A stretch of DNA of 63,371 bases, the filler included, from Octopus bimaculoides (taxonomy: Eukaryota), in assembly GCF_001194135.2 (NCBI RefSeq). It is 4 parts of 4 records of this genome, joined end to end, with 100 filler letters (N's around TTAATTAATTAA, not from the genome) between each part and the next. Parts side by side here need not be neighbours in the genome. Positions count along the whole stretch, not along the records: positions 1 to 16,523 come from NC_068981.1; positions 16,624 to 29,914 come from NC_069007.1; 2 more parts are not named here. The stretch is one strand, 5' to 3'. The position numbers and the translations under genes were made by a program. This document shows positions 12,073 to 24,825 of the stretch, one piece after another. Below the pieces are notes generated by a model, which was given only the letters and a program-made list of their open reading frames with translations, was not told where the DNA came from and searched no databases. Numbering within the stretch: position 1 is the first letter of the stretch; the number at the start of each line of letters is the position of its first letter.

Positions 12073-12131
12073 GTAACTGCAGAGATGGCGGCGTAGGCTT
12101 CCACCCCGGCATCCAAAACTCAGAGTTTTAT
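12073..12131 (+). ncRNA. Degenerate hammerhead-like motif downstream of the PLE fragment
   Basis: gtaa-CTGCAGA-gatggcgg/ccggcatc-(c)AAAA-ctcagag-TT-ttat; two core substitutions. Confidence 0.35.
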
Positions 12132-12180
12132 CACAGCTACCGAATAATTGTCACATATTATATTTACAGATATATTATTT

Positions 12181-12217
<37 letters not shown>

Positions 12218-12620
12218 NNNNNNNNNNNNNNNNNNNNNNNNNNNNNNNNNNNNNNNNNNNNNNNNNNNNNNNNNNNNNNNNNNNNNNNNNNNNNNNNNNN
12301 NNNNNNNNNNNNNNNNNNNNNNNNNNNNNNNNNNNNNNNNNNNNNNNNNNNNNNNNNNNNNNNNNNNNNNNNNNNNNNNNNNNNNNNNNNNNNNNNNNNN
12401 NNNNNNNNNNNNNNNNNNNNNNNNNNNNNNNNNNNNNNNNNNNNNNNNNNNNNNNNNNNNNNNNNNNNNNNNNNNNNNNNNNNNNNNNNNNNNNNNNNNN
12501 NNNNNNNNNNNNNNNNNNNNNNNNNNNNNNNNNNNNNNNNNNNNNNNNNNNNNNNNNNNNNNNNNNNNNNNNNNNNNNNNNNNNNNNNNNNNNNNNNNNN
12601 NNNNNNNNNNNNNNNNNNNN

Positions 12621-12930
12621 TTACACATGCCACAGGCACAAGTGCCAGAAAGGCGACGCTGGGCACAGGTGCCATCCCGATTTCACTTTCGCTTGCCCCA
12701 ATAAGTCTTTGCAAGCTGAGTTACATGTCCAATGAAGGAGATGACGTTGGCATGGGTGCCAGTCATCGAATTTAGTTCGGTTTCGATATCACTTGCCTCA
12801 ACAGGTCTTCGCAAGTGGAGTTTAGTGTCCAAAGAAGGAAAGGTACGCATAAGTGGGCTGGCTACACCCCTGGCAGAGGCCTTGGATTTAGGTCTCACTT
12901 GGCTTGTCGGGTCTTCTCACGCACAGCATA
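12621..12930 (-). mobile_element. Fragment of the RTE family ORF end/3' UTR
   Basis: Reverse complement matches ~9460-9780 and ~23230-23410. Confidence 0.8.
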
Positions 12931-13129
12931 TCCAGTTAATAATCCTATGGCCGTTTCTGGGGGACTGGTTGTCCAGTCATAAAAAAGATATTTACATCCA
13001 ATTTTAGACACCACCTCCTTCATCAGGGAAAACATTTTTAAGACAGCTCACATTTACTGCAGTTTTCTAATGGGAATTGCTTGCTGAGTGTTTTTATAGA
13101 GCTATATGCAAAAGACTAGGGAGCGGAAG

Positions 13130-14620
13130 TTGAGCTCCCTTTGTGGAACTCAACTGGTAATGTCATTACATGGTTTCACTCTCTCAAGGATCAAAGCCAT
13201 ATTAATTTTATTCAATTCGATATAGTAAACTACTATGCATTGATATCTCCAATTCTCTTAAATAGAGTATTGATTTTTGCTTGAAACTATGGAAATATCC
13301 CACAATCTGACATAAATATAATTATGGCAGCAAGAAAAATTCTTATTAATTTCAAGGATAAGAACTGGACTGGGAATACTTCTATTGACTATTTTGATAT
13401 AACAATGAGTTCTTCTGACTCAGCCCAAGTTACTGACCTCATGATTCTGTTCCTTCTCTCACAGATCTAGCAGCACTTCCCTAATATATCTGGTGAACTC
13501 TATAGAGATGATGCACTCCTTACAAACACAGGATTATCTTGACCAGCAGTTGAATGAACAAAGAAATCTTCAAAATGATTTTTTGAAAATTACTATCTTG
13601 GCATCTCATTTGAAACAAATACCAAGGTGGTAAATTTTTTGATCGTACACTCAATTTAAATACAAATTTATACTACCCATTTCACAAGCCTAACTATACA
13701 TTGCAGTATATAAACATCCTTTCAAACCATCCTAGAATAACCCTTGACAGTGTAATTACAGGCATTTCAATAAGAATCTCTAATTTATCAGCTAATGAAG
13801 AAATATTTAATATTCACGCTCCTTACTATAATCAAGATTTCAAGAAAAAATATTCTATATCAGTGATACTAAACTAAAAACCAAAATAGCAAATCTCTTC
13901 CTTGAAATTAATCCTGGTCTTATAAGCACACCTCCACCTCAAATCAACCAAACAGACCCATAAAATCACACCGTAAGCCATACAAAATTTATAGTATAAA
14001 TCTTCCCATCATGACCAATCTAATGTAACAGCATATTCTAAGACAAGAAAACAACAAATTCTATGGTATGCACTGCCCTTTTCTCTACAAGTTAAATCTT
14101 TGCCTCAACTAGTTTTTAAAATTCTAAAATTAAACTTTCTGCAGCATCATGGATACTACTCTATTTTAAACAAATCAGTCAACTTGTCTTACTCCACCAC
14201 ACCAAATTTAGGAACTATAATATCCTCTATTAATATATGTAAAATTCAGCCTCAGACTAATACACACCCAGACCCTTGTACAGCACCCTATATTAGTCCA
14301 AAAATTAGTAATAACACAACTAATATAAATGGTAGAACGAAAAAGAAAACCTGTAATTGTCATATACCCAATGCATAACCATTTGGGGGGCTTCTGTCTG
14401 TATAAAAATTTAGTGTATAAATGTCGTGTAGAAACACCAGGTAAACACCAAGAAAGGATCCACATATGTAGCACCATAGATTTTAAACAACGATATTGAC
14501 CTTACTTTGAGAAAATGAAGGGTATTGATACATATTAAGCATACACAAAACTATAATACGATAATAACATATATTGACATATTGAATTATTTAATCACAT
14601 GAGTACCAAGGAAGAAACAT
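13130..14620 (+). mobile_element. Decayed Penelope-like element (RT plus GIY-YIG)
   Basis: FIQFDIVNYY, FDITMSSSDSAQV, LYRDDAL, ILWYALPF, SYSTTPNLGTII, CNC...PFGGFCLYKNLVYKC. Confidence 0.85.
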
Positions 14621-14689
14621 TCCAATTGTGGGACCTCAAAGACTGTGACAGTTAGGGATTTAAGGAATATTGGCTTCAAGTTACGTGGG

Positions 14690-15600
14690 AAACCTGAACA
14701 AGCAAAGCCATTTTCACTGCCTCTGAACTTTATCAAAATCCACCAGAAATCACATCCTCAGGACCATGGCTTCTGTACAAAAACCCCTGAAACTGCCTCC
14801 TCACAGGAGTTTGAGGTTTCAATGGGCCCAAAAGTACATGATGTTAGACTTGAGTTGTGTTCTGTTTACTGACAAAACCAGGGTGACCCTTGACGAACCT
14901 GACGGTTGGGCAAATGGTTGGGTCTATTTTGGAGATGAGTATCACCAACAGGGTGGAAGAGTCATGTTGTGGGCTGGTATTATTGATAACAGACTTGGCC
15001 CATTCAAGGTGCCTGAAGAGGTTAAAGTGACTGCAGCTGCCTACTGCAATCTCCTGAAGGAGATCTAGGATTCCTGGCTAGTTGACATACTGCTGTCACT
15101 TCTAAGGAATCTTGTAGTCATGCACGACAATGTTCCCTTCCACTCTACTAGAACTACCCAAACATTATGGAATACAAGGTGAAAGGTTGGTGTGGCCACT
15201 TGCGTCTCCAAATCTCAGCTCTATCAAAAATCTTAGGTCCATCACTAAACAAGATGTTTATGTCAATGGACATCAATTTACGTCAAAAGATGTCTTATGG
15301 ACAACCATTGAAGCTGCAGCAGACGCAGTTCAACCTTCTACTATTAAGAAATTGACAGATTCCATGACTAATAGGGTTTTTGAAGTTACCTATCGAAATG
15401 GCACTCATGTGGCTAAATAATTCATTATGTCAATAAATGTTATAATATTATGATTTTCTGTTAAATATATACTGAATGTCTAGATGGGCTATTTTCATTC
15501 AAAAGCTATTAGCATGATTCACCCAAAAACTGAAGAATCTGAAATAAAAAAGAAAGGATGTTACACAGAATAATGAAAACATAACAATGGTATTGCCATA
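14690..15600 (+). mobile_element. Decayed Tc1-family transposase, C-terminal part
   Basis: VLFTDKTRVTLDEPDGW, QQGGRVMLWAGII, HDN, WPLASPNLSSIKNL. Confidence 0.8.
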
Positions 15601-15629
15601 GTGCACTAATCAGCTGGGAAAAGTTTTTT

Positions 15630-16240
15630 TCAAAATTGATTCACAGAAAACCAAAAAATCCTAAATTTCAGTCCTAAGCTATTAGCATGGTGCTGGGAGT
15701 ATAAACTTACACAACACAACCACCTCCTATGACCACTGGGTAGTGGGACTGTGAGTGTGGTAAGAAACACTGCTGCAAGCCTGTTGGAACCTGTTGTGAC
15801 ATGTACATGTATCTCGAAAAGTAGAGCTGACAAGCAGTTTTAACCATGGTATTCATTATCAGTGACCTAAAGTTAGTTGGAAATTGCTACTCTGGTCTCA
15901 GAAGCAATTTGGTTATTGACCAGTGTAATCATGTAATTATGGGTTGCAAATGTGACTTAACAGCTTCAGAGAAATCTGTTATTACTTCTGAACTTGCAAA
16001 AGGTAAATCAACATTAGAAATATCTAAAATAATTGGAAGATATCATCAAACTACGAAAAAATTTGTTACAAAAATATGTAAGAGAGCTGACAACGGTCAG
16101 TCGTGGGCTGTTTCTCAATTCTCACGAATTAAGCATGAAGCTGTAAAGAAGCCAGGTCTCTTACAAGCGGAGAACTTTTCAAGCACATTGATGAAACAAC
16201 TGTGTCCAGAACCACCTGATGTCATCTTTTGTACAAGATA
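15630..16240 (+). mobile_element. Tc1-family element 5' part with transposase N-terminus (HTH)
   Basis: MGCKCDLTASEKSVITSELAKGKSTLEISKIIGRYHQTTKKFV. Confidence 0.7.
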
Positions 16241-16404
16241 CTCTGTGGAGTGGTTGGTGGTAAGAAGGGCATCCAGCCATAGAAACCAAGACAAAACAGA
16301 CAATGGAACCAGGTGTGGTGACTGCCCTTATCAGTTTCTGTCAAGTTGTCCAACCAATGCCAGCATGGAAAATTGACATTAAATAATGATGATGCTGATG
16401 ATAA

Positions 16405-16435
<31 letters not shown>

Positions 16436-16523
16436 GAATGGTATCCTTTAGTTGGTAAAAGGAAGAAGAGATTGTTTCAGAAAGGGCAAGCATGGAAAAT
16501 GAGAAAAAAAAAAAAAAAAAAAA

Positions 16524-16623
16524 NNNNNNNNNNNNNNNNNNNNNNNNNNNNNNNNNNNNNNNNNNNNTTAATTAATTAANNNNNNNNNNNNNNNNNNNNN
16601 NNNNNNNNNNNNNNNNNNNNNNN
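16524..16623. other. Artificial 100-bp scaffold joiner (N44-TTAATTAATTAA-N44)
   Basis: Exact 44+12+44 structure found three times; the palindromic 12-mer has stops in all six frames. Confidence 0.95.
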
Positions 16624-16963
16624 CTTGGAAGAGCCCTGCTTCTCACATGGACAACTGTATGTTGGCTGCTCAAGAGTGGGCAGCAACAAAAAACCTATTT
16701 ATATATGCTCCACAAGGGAAAACAAGGAATATAGTTTACAATGAGGTGTTATAATCACAACACCAAGAAAGTATGTACATGATCACCTTCTTTTACGAAA
16801 CTTCATTGACTTTCATATATTATATTGATATACATATATATACGTGTGTTTGGGTGCGTGTGTGTATATACATCTCTATATATAAAGATGATGCGTAGTC
16901 TAGACGGCGTTTTTAGATTTCATTATTCTCTTTAACCCGGGCAACGCCGGGTATTTTTGCTAG
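16624..16963 (+). mobile_element. Helitron 3' end: Pif1-type helicase C-terminus, then terminal hairpin plus CTAG
   Basis: LEEPCFSHGQLYVGCSRVG, then (after a +1 shift in an A run) NLFIYAPQGKTRNIVYNEVL*. Hairpin acccgg-gcaacg-ccgggt at 16935-16952; CTAG|T at 16960-16964. Confidence 0.85.
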
Positions 16964-17861
16964 TACATGAATAAATGTAAATATACGCATATGTCCATAT
17001 ACGTGTATATATGCATCTACAAATAAGTATATACATATGTATACGTGTATAGACATGCATCTAATATATTATACACGTGTGTGATACGTTATATATCTAT
17101 GTACATGCACTTTATATATATATGTCTGTGTGTTTATATATCTGGATGCTTACACATGTGTTCCTATATTATCTGCATATATTATCTGCATGTATGTAGA
17201 AATGAGTACATATATATATATATATCCAATATATATTTATATATTGGTTTCATATGCTGGCACAAGGCCAACAATTTCGGGGGTGGGTTTAAGTCGATTA
17301 CATTGACCCCTAGTGTGCAATTGGTACTTATTTTATCAACCCTGAAAGGATGAAAGACAACCCTGGCTTAATTTAAACTCTAAACATAGGTGGATGAAAT
17401 GCTGTTAAGTGAGCTAATGATTCTGCCAGGAGCACCAGTGCCAGTGGAGTGCTAATAGCACCGTCCGAGCGTGATCATTGCCAGAGCAGCTGTCTGCTTC
17501 CGTGCCAGTGGCAAGTAAATAGCACCATTTGAGCGTGATTGTTACCAGCATCGCCTTACTGGCACATGAAAAAACATTCGGGTGAGGTCGTTGCCAGTGC
17601 CTCTGGACTGGCTCCTGTGCAGGTGGCACGTAAAAAACACTATTTTGAGTGTGGCCGTTGGCAGTACCGCCTCACTGGCCTTCATGCCGGTGGCACGTAA
17701 AAGCACCCCTCGGAGTGGTTGGCTTTAGGAAGGGCATCCAGCTGTAGAAACTCTGCCAGATCAGTTTGGAGCCTGGTGCAGCCATCTGGTTTGCCAGTCC
17801 TCGGTCAAATCCTCCAACCCATGCTAGCATGGAAGGCGGACGTTAAACAACAATGATGATG

Positions 17862-17901
17862 ATGATACATACATACATGCATATATATATATATATATAT
17901 A

Positions 17902-17934
<33 letters not shown>

Positions 17935-18186
17935 ATATATACATATATAGATACACATATATATATACATATATATATACACACATATATATATACATAT
18001 ATATATATATACACACATATATATATATATATATACATATATATACATATATATATATACACACATATATACATATATATATACATATATATTTATATAT
18101 ACACACATATATATATATACATATATATGTATATATACACACACACATATACATATAGATATACACACACACATATATACATATAG

Positions 18187-18241
<55 letters not shown>

Positions 18242-18256
18242 CACACACACACACAA
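17862..18256. repeat. Compound (AT)n/(AC)n/(GT)n microsatellite
   Basis: Direct inspection. Similar tracts at ~18690-19010, 27064-27190 and 60560-60730. Confidence 0.95.
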
Positions 18257-18713
18257 TATGCACTCGCATATATGTATGTTTTTTTATTTATTTAAGTTGA
18301 TTTTTTACTTTTTTTTCTGGAGCTATGAATATGTAAAGATATGTTTATCTGAGGTGTGACTCACCGATGAAAAATGTCACACCCACATACTCAATACCAT
18401 AGAAGCTTTACCTGTTGCTACTCTGTACCCAGAACAACAACTACAGCTATGTATAGTGTGTGAGTTAGGCGTAACTGTGTCTTGCTAGCTCTGTGTGTGT
18501 GTGATGTGTGTGGATTTCTTGGTTGAATGAAAGATATAATGCTAGGTTAAGTGTATATATTATACGTGCAGTGCAGGCGTATACATAGCTTTGTCTCTGT
18601 GCATGTATGTATAAGTATGTATATAGGGATGTGTGTTTGTGTATGTATGTATGCATATATATGCATATTTACATATCTACACATACATACATGTAGATAT
18701 GTGTGTGTATATT

Positions 18714-18766
<53 letters not shown>

Positions 18767-19014
18767 GGGTGTATATATGTGTTAAAGTATATACATGTAT
18801 TCGTATATATGTAAGTATATGTACATTATGTAAGTACATGTATATTATGTATGTAGCTGTATATATGTATGTATACATATATATATCTATGTATACGTCT
18901 GTGTGTGTGTGTGTGTGTATATATAGATTTATTGGTACATATGTATATATGTATATATACATATATATATAGTCATGTATGTACATATATATGTATGTAC
19001 ATTGTCTTGTATAG

Positions 19015-19220
19015 AAAGGCTATCATGCCAGTTTCGATTTCGAATCTCTCTGCGAATTGACTTTCAGTCTGCCCTGTGGAAATTCTGGTTGAATATGGCT
19101 TGGGTCCTCTGATAGGGTGGGTGTTAGTGGGTTGTCTAGGACCATACATTGTTAATTCTATAATGTTATGATCTGAAAGAGATATAGGTGTTACTTTCAC
19201 ATTATGGATTAGGCTCACAT
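19015..19220 (-). mobile_element. LINE APE-endonuclease C-terminal fragment (CR1/L2-like)
   Basis: HNVKVTPISLSDHNIIEL (SDH motif). Confidence 0.5.
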
Positions 19221-19221
19221 T

Positions 19222-20130
19222 GTGAAGCAGAGATCTAAAATATTGCTTCCCCTGGTTGGTTGGAGTATCACTTGTTCTATGAACAGCATGTTGGAGAGAC
19301 GACTTTTGGGCTGGAACCTATGGACAACTTCCAGAGATCCCTGGCCTGGCAGTGCTATCGGGAAGCGCTACTCATTCTGGATAAGCTCTACATGCATGGC
19401 TTGAGAAACACAGGGTTGACCTGTCCTAGATGCGGTCAGAGTGACGAAACCATTCTGCATGCACTCGTACAGTGTCCACCCATTTCCAACCTGTGGGCCT
19501 ATGTCGAACGACTACTATCGCGTGTGGGACGAGTCGGTTTATTAACCGAGTCTATCGTGAATATTGTTGTGCCTCCTTCCTTGAAACGAGAAGGAAGAGC
19601 CATTTTCATTGTACTTGTGGCTATGGCAAAAAAATGTGTATGGTGGAAGCATCTGAAAGGTCTAGGGGCAAACACTTTCCTCTCTGGTCAATCTCTCATC
19701 AACTTCTTCAAGTAACACTCGAAGAGGAAGGTGAGAGTAGAGACGGAGGTTTTGTCTTGTGAATGTTTCAAAAAGAGATGGGTGAATGTAGCAAGGATGG
19801 CACGTGTGAATGACGGAGCCGGCTTGAGCATAACACTATGAACCAAAAAAAGAAACGAAAAAAAGAGTCACTGTAATGTGTTTTTTTGCATGACATTATT
19901 GGCCAAGGTTACCGTCGTCTTTTCCGTAGGCTTTTCCTTCCACGGATAAACCTAATCTGTTTCCCCTTTTTACATCATGACATTTCTGTGATACACAAAC
20001 CCTATTGATCAGCTCTTTTTATTAATGATCCCTTTTGATTGAATTTCTAGCCCCCTTTTCTTTCCCCCACTCAAGCTCTACTTTGTATTTTGTCCCCTCT
20101 GTGTTCAGCCCTGTGTGGCCAATAAAGAAA
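19222..20130 (+). mobile_element. L1/Tx1-like LINE 3' end (zf-RVT plus 3' UTR)
   Basis: MDNFQRSLAWQCYREAL...CPRCGQSDETILHALVQCP...LW; AATAAA at ~20120. Confidence 0.75.
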
Positions 20131-21446
20131 CATATCTGTATATCTATATAGCCATATCTATGTATATATCTGTATCTCTCTCCCTCTCTCTCTCTCTCTC
20201 CCTCCCTCTCTCTCTCCCTCCCTCTCTCTCTCNNNNNNNNNNNNNNNNNNNNNNNNNNNNNNNNNNNNNNNNNNNNNNNNNNNNNNNNNNNNNNNNNNNN
20301 NNNNNNNNNNNNNNNNNNNNNNNNNNNNNNNNNNNNNNNNNNNNNNNNNNNNNNNNNNNNNNNNNNNNNNNNNNNNNNNNNNNNNNNNNNNNNNNNNNNN
20401 NNNNNNNNNNNNNNNNNNNNNNNNNNNNNNNNNNNNNNNNNNNNNNNNNNNNNNNNNNNNNNNNNNNNNNNNNNNNNNNNNNNNNNNNNNNNNNNNNNNN
20501 NNNNNNNNNNNNNNNNNNNNNNNNNNNNNNNNNNNNNNNNNNNNNNNNNNNNNNNNNNNNNNNNNNNNNNNNNNNNNNNNNNNNNNNNNNNNNNNNNNNN
20601 NNNNNNNNNNNNNNNNNNNNNNNNNNNNNNNNNNNNNNNNNNNNNNNNNNNNNNNNNNNNNNNNNNNNNNNNNNNNNNNNNNNNNNNNNNNNNNNNNNNN
20701 NNNNNNNNNNNNNNNNNNNNNNNNNNNNNNNNNNNNNNNNNNNNNNNNNNNNNNNNNNNNNNNNNNNNNNNNNNNNNNNNNNNNNNNNNNNNNNNNNNNN
20801 NNNNNNNNNNNNNNNNNNNNNNNNNNNNNNNNNNNNNNNNNNNNNNNNNNNNNNNNNNNNNNNNNNNNNNNNNNNNNNNNNNNNNNNNNNNNNNNNNNNN
20901 NNNNNNNNNNNNNNNNNNNNNNNNNNNNNNNNNNNNNNNNNNNNNNNNNNNNNNNNNNNNNNNNNNNNNNNNNNNNNNNNNNNNNNNNNNNNNNNNNNNN
21001 NNNNNNNNNNNNNNNNNNNNNNNNNNNNNNNNNNNNNNNNNNNNNNNNNNNNNNNNNNNNNNNNNNNNNNNNNNNNNNNNNNNNNNNNNNNNNNNNNNNN
21101 NNNNNNNNNNNNNNNNNNNNNNNNNNNNNNNNNNNNNNNNNNNNNNNNNNNNNNNNNNNNNNNNNNNNNNNNNNNNNNNNNNNNNNNNNNNNNGTCTGAT
21201 GGGGTGTTCTAATGACGCTTGTTATTTTTCATCTTTTACTTGCTTGTCATTGGACTGTGCTCATGCTGGGGCACTGCCTTGAAAGGTTATCGCCTAACAA
21301 ATCTACCCCAGTACTGTTTTTTTTTTAAAGCTGACGGTTCCTTTTGCTGAACCACTAAGTTACAAGGATGTAAACAAACCAATACTGGTTGTCAAGCACA
21401 CATACACGCACACACACACATACATACAAGTGTAGTACAAAACTTG

Positions 21447-21624
21447 GCAGAACTCGGATGGCTGGGTCTCCAACCAGGCCTTTTGCAATACCCTTAAAGC
21501 CAGGAACTTTTCAGTACCCCCTTGTATACATGCACACACACGCGCACAAGGGTGTGCTGAAAAGCTACTGGCTTTAAGGGTATTGCAAAAGGCCTGGTTG
21601 GAGACCCAGCCATCCGAGTTCTGC
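21447..21624. repeat. Long inverted repeat (57-bp perfect arms, ~77 bp near-perfect), with a third diverged copy at 21657-21721
   Basis: 21447-21503 is the exact reverse complement of 21568-21624. Confidence 0.9.
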
Positions 21625-21761
21625 AGCAGTCCTTCAGTTTCCCTAAGCTCTGTGAAAGAACTCAGAAGGTTGGGCTTCCATCCAGGCCTTTCGTGATACC
21701 AGGAACCTTTCAGCATCCCCTCATATCTCTGAAGCGCCACATTAATGTTTAAAGCCACAAA

Positions 21762-22225
21762 TCTTTTACTGGTTTCAGTCTGTTGACTGTGGCCATGCTG
21801 GAGCACCTCCTTTAGTTGAGCAAATCGACCCCAGGACTTATTCTTTGTAAGCCTAGTACTTATTCTATCGGCCTCTTTTGCCGAACCGCTAAGTTACAGG
21901 GAGGTAAACACACCAGCATCAGTTGTCAAGCGATGTCGGGGGGACAAACACAGACACACAAACATATACACACACATACNNNNNNNNNNNNNNNNNNNNN
22001 NNNNNNNNNNNNNNNNNNNNNNNNNNNNNNNNNNNNNNNNNNNNNNNNNNNNNNNNNNNNNNNNNNNNNNNNNNNNNNNNNNNNNNNNNNNNNNNNNNNN
22101 NNNNNNNNNNNNNNNNNNNNNNNNNNNNNNNNNNNNNNNNNNNNNNNNNNNNNNNNNNNNNNNNNNNNNNNNNNNNNNNNNNNNNNNNNNNNNNNNNNNN
22201 NNNNNNNNNNNNNNNNNNNNNNNNN

Positions 22226-22262
<37 letters not shown>

Positions 22263-22424
22263 GACGGGCTTCTTTCAGTTTCCGTTTACCAGATCCACTC
22301 ACAAGACTTTGGTCGATCCGAGGCTATAGTAGAAGACACTTGCCCAAGATGCCACGCAGTGGGACTTAACCCAGAACCATGTGGTTGGTAAGCAAGCTAC
22401 TTACCACACATCCACTCCTACGCC
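21762..22424 (-). mobile_element. Abundant tRNA-derived SINE with internal (TA/CA)n microsatellite (spans a gap)
   Basis: Same family as 28337-28705 (+), 29263-29635 (+), 56773-57032 (-) and 60001-60390 (-); partial copies at ~25830-26010 and ~27190-27760. Confidence 0.8.
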
Positions 22425-22858
22425 TTTTCACTTGGAACTTTTGCGTGAGTCTATGTTAAAGACAGGGCTGGTACAGAAACGATTGTATCTGGTCATTTAA
22501 AGATCCAATGAAGTCTTATTTGGATCATATCTTTTATCTGTTTTCTTTCTTACCTTTTACTTGTTTCAGTCATTAGACTGTGGCCATGCTGGGGTACTGC
22601 CTTGAAGAACTTTTAGTTGAATGAATTGACTCCTTCCCACTGGGACATATTTTTTCAAAGCCTGGTACTTATTCTGTTGGTTGCTTTTGCTAAATTGTTG
22701 AGTTATGGGCATGTGAATACACCAATACCAGTTGTCAAGTGGTATTAGAGGACATACATACGTCTACAAACACAATAGGCTTCTTTCAGTTTCCAGCTCC
22801 CAAATCTGCTCCACAAGGCTTTGGCTGGCTCAAGGCTATAGGAAAGAACTTGACATGC

Positions 22859-24725
22859 ATCATCATTGTCGTTTAACATCTGCTTTCCATGCTGGCATGG
22901 GTTGGATGGTTTGACTGAGGACTGGCGAGCCAGAAAGCTGCAATCTGATCTGGCAAAGTTTCTACAGCTGGATGCCCTTCCTAACGCCAACCACTCCGAG
23001 AGTGTGGTGGGTGCTTTTACGTGTCACTGGCACAAAGACCAGTCAGGCAGTACTGGTAACGACCATGCTCAAAAGGTGTGTTTTATGTGCCACATGCACG
23101 GAAGCCAGTCTGGCTGCACTGGCAATGATCACGCTCGAATGTTATCTTTCATGTGCCAGTAAGGCAACACTAGCAACAAACACGTTTGGATGGTGCTTTT
23201 AACGTTCCACTAGCACGAGTGCTAATCAGGCGGTACTGTCAATAACCACGTCAGCGATTTTGATTTCACTTGCCTCAACAGGTCTTCGCAAGCAAAGTTT
23301 ATTGTCCAATGAATGAAGGGTACTCATAAGTGGGCTGGTTATACACCACTGGCATAGGCCACGGGTTATGGTCCCATTTAGCTCGTCGGGTCTTCTCAAG
23401 CACAGCATATCTCCAAAGGCTTCAGTCACTAGTCATTGTCTCGGTGAGGCCCAATGTTTGAAGGTTGTGCTTCACCACCTCATCCCAGGTCTTCCTGGAT
23501 CTACCTCTTCCACAGGTTCCCTCAACTGCTAGGGTGTGACACTTTTTCACACAGCTGTCCTCATCCATTCGCAACANNNNNNNNNNCTAGGGTGTGACAC
23601 TTTTTCACACAGCTGTCCTCATCCATTCGCAACACATGACCATACCAGCGCTGTCGTCTCTCTTGCACACCACATCTGATGCTTCTTAGGTCCAACTTTT
23701 CTCTCAAGGCACTTACACTCTGTCGTGTATGCGCACTGACACTACACATCCAGCGGAGCATACTGGCTTCATTCCTTGCAAGCTTATACATGCCCTCAGC
23801 AGTCACAGTCCATGTTTCACTGCCATGTATCATGGCTGTTTGCACACATGCGTCATACAGTCTACCTTTTACTCTGAGTGAGAGGCCCTTTGTCACCTGC
23901 AGAGGTAAGATCTCTCTGAGCTTTGTCCAGGCTATTCTTATTCCAGGAGCTACACTTTCAGAGCACCCACCCTCGCTACTGACTTGGTCACCTAGGTAAC
24001 GGAAGCTATCAACTACTTCTAGTTTTTCTCCGTGGAATGTGGCAGAAGTTGTTCTCTGCACATTTTCAGTGTTTATTGCTCCTGAGCGTCTGCCATACTT
24101 AAAAACTATCTTCCCAGTTAGCCTTCCTTTGATATTATTGCTGCACTTCTTATGTGTCCATAGCTTACACCGGGTACATCTTATAGAGTTTCTACCTACG
24201 CCTTTTCTACATATCGAGCAGGGCCATCTACCTGAATTGATTTGTAGTTTGTCTGCCTTCCTACTTATTAAGACTTTGGTTTTTGCTAGGTTGACTCTAA
24301 GGCCCTTCGATTCTAATCCTTGCTTCCACACCTGAAACTTTTCCTCTAGTTCTGATAGTGACTCAGCAATTAGGGCAAGGTCATCAGCATAGAAAAGCTC
24401 CCAGGGACAACCTGTCTTGAATTCCTCTGTTATTGCCTAAGGACTATGATGAATAAGAGGGGCTGAGGATTGATCCTTTGTGGATCCCTACCTCTACCCG
24501 GAATTCTTCACTGTACTCATTACCAACCCTCACCTTACTGACAGCATCCCTGTACATGGCTTGCACAGCTCTCACTAACCATTCATCTATCCATAGTTTC
24601 CTCATTGACCACCAGATAAGGGATCAGGGACCCTGCCAAAGGCTTTCTCCATGTCAGCGAAATCCAGGTAGAGGTTTATTTTTGGCTAGGTATTTCTCCT
24701 GCAGCTGTCTTACCAGAAATATAGC
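22859..24725 (-). mobile_element. 5'-truncated RTE-clade LINE, same family as 8488-10050
   Basis: FLVRQLQEKYLAKNKP..DMEKAF; GLRVNLAKTKVL; FRYLGD; IHGSETW; RWYGHVLRMDED; identical 3' UTR architecture. Confidence 0.9.
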
Positions 24726-24825
24726 ATCAGTGGTGCTTTTCCCTGGCACGAACCCAAACTGCATCTCATGTAGACTGACTCTCGTGGTTGGGAAACAAGA
24801 TTCTTGCCACACCTGCGCCTATATA

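Noticed and set aside
23529-23636. Exact ~48-bp direct repeat on either side of a 10-N gap in the RTE
   Set aside because: Typical negative-gap assembly artefact.
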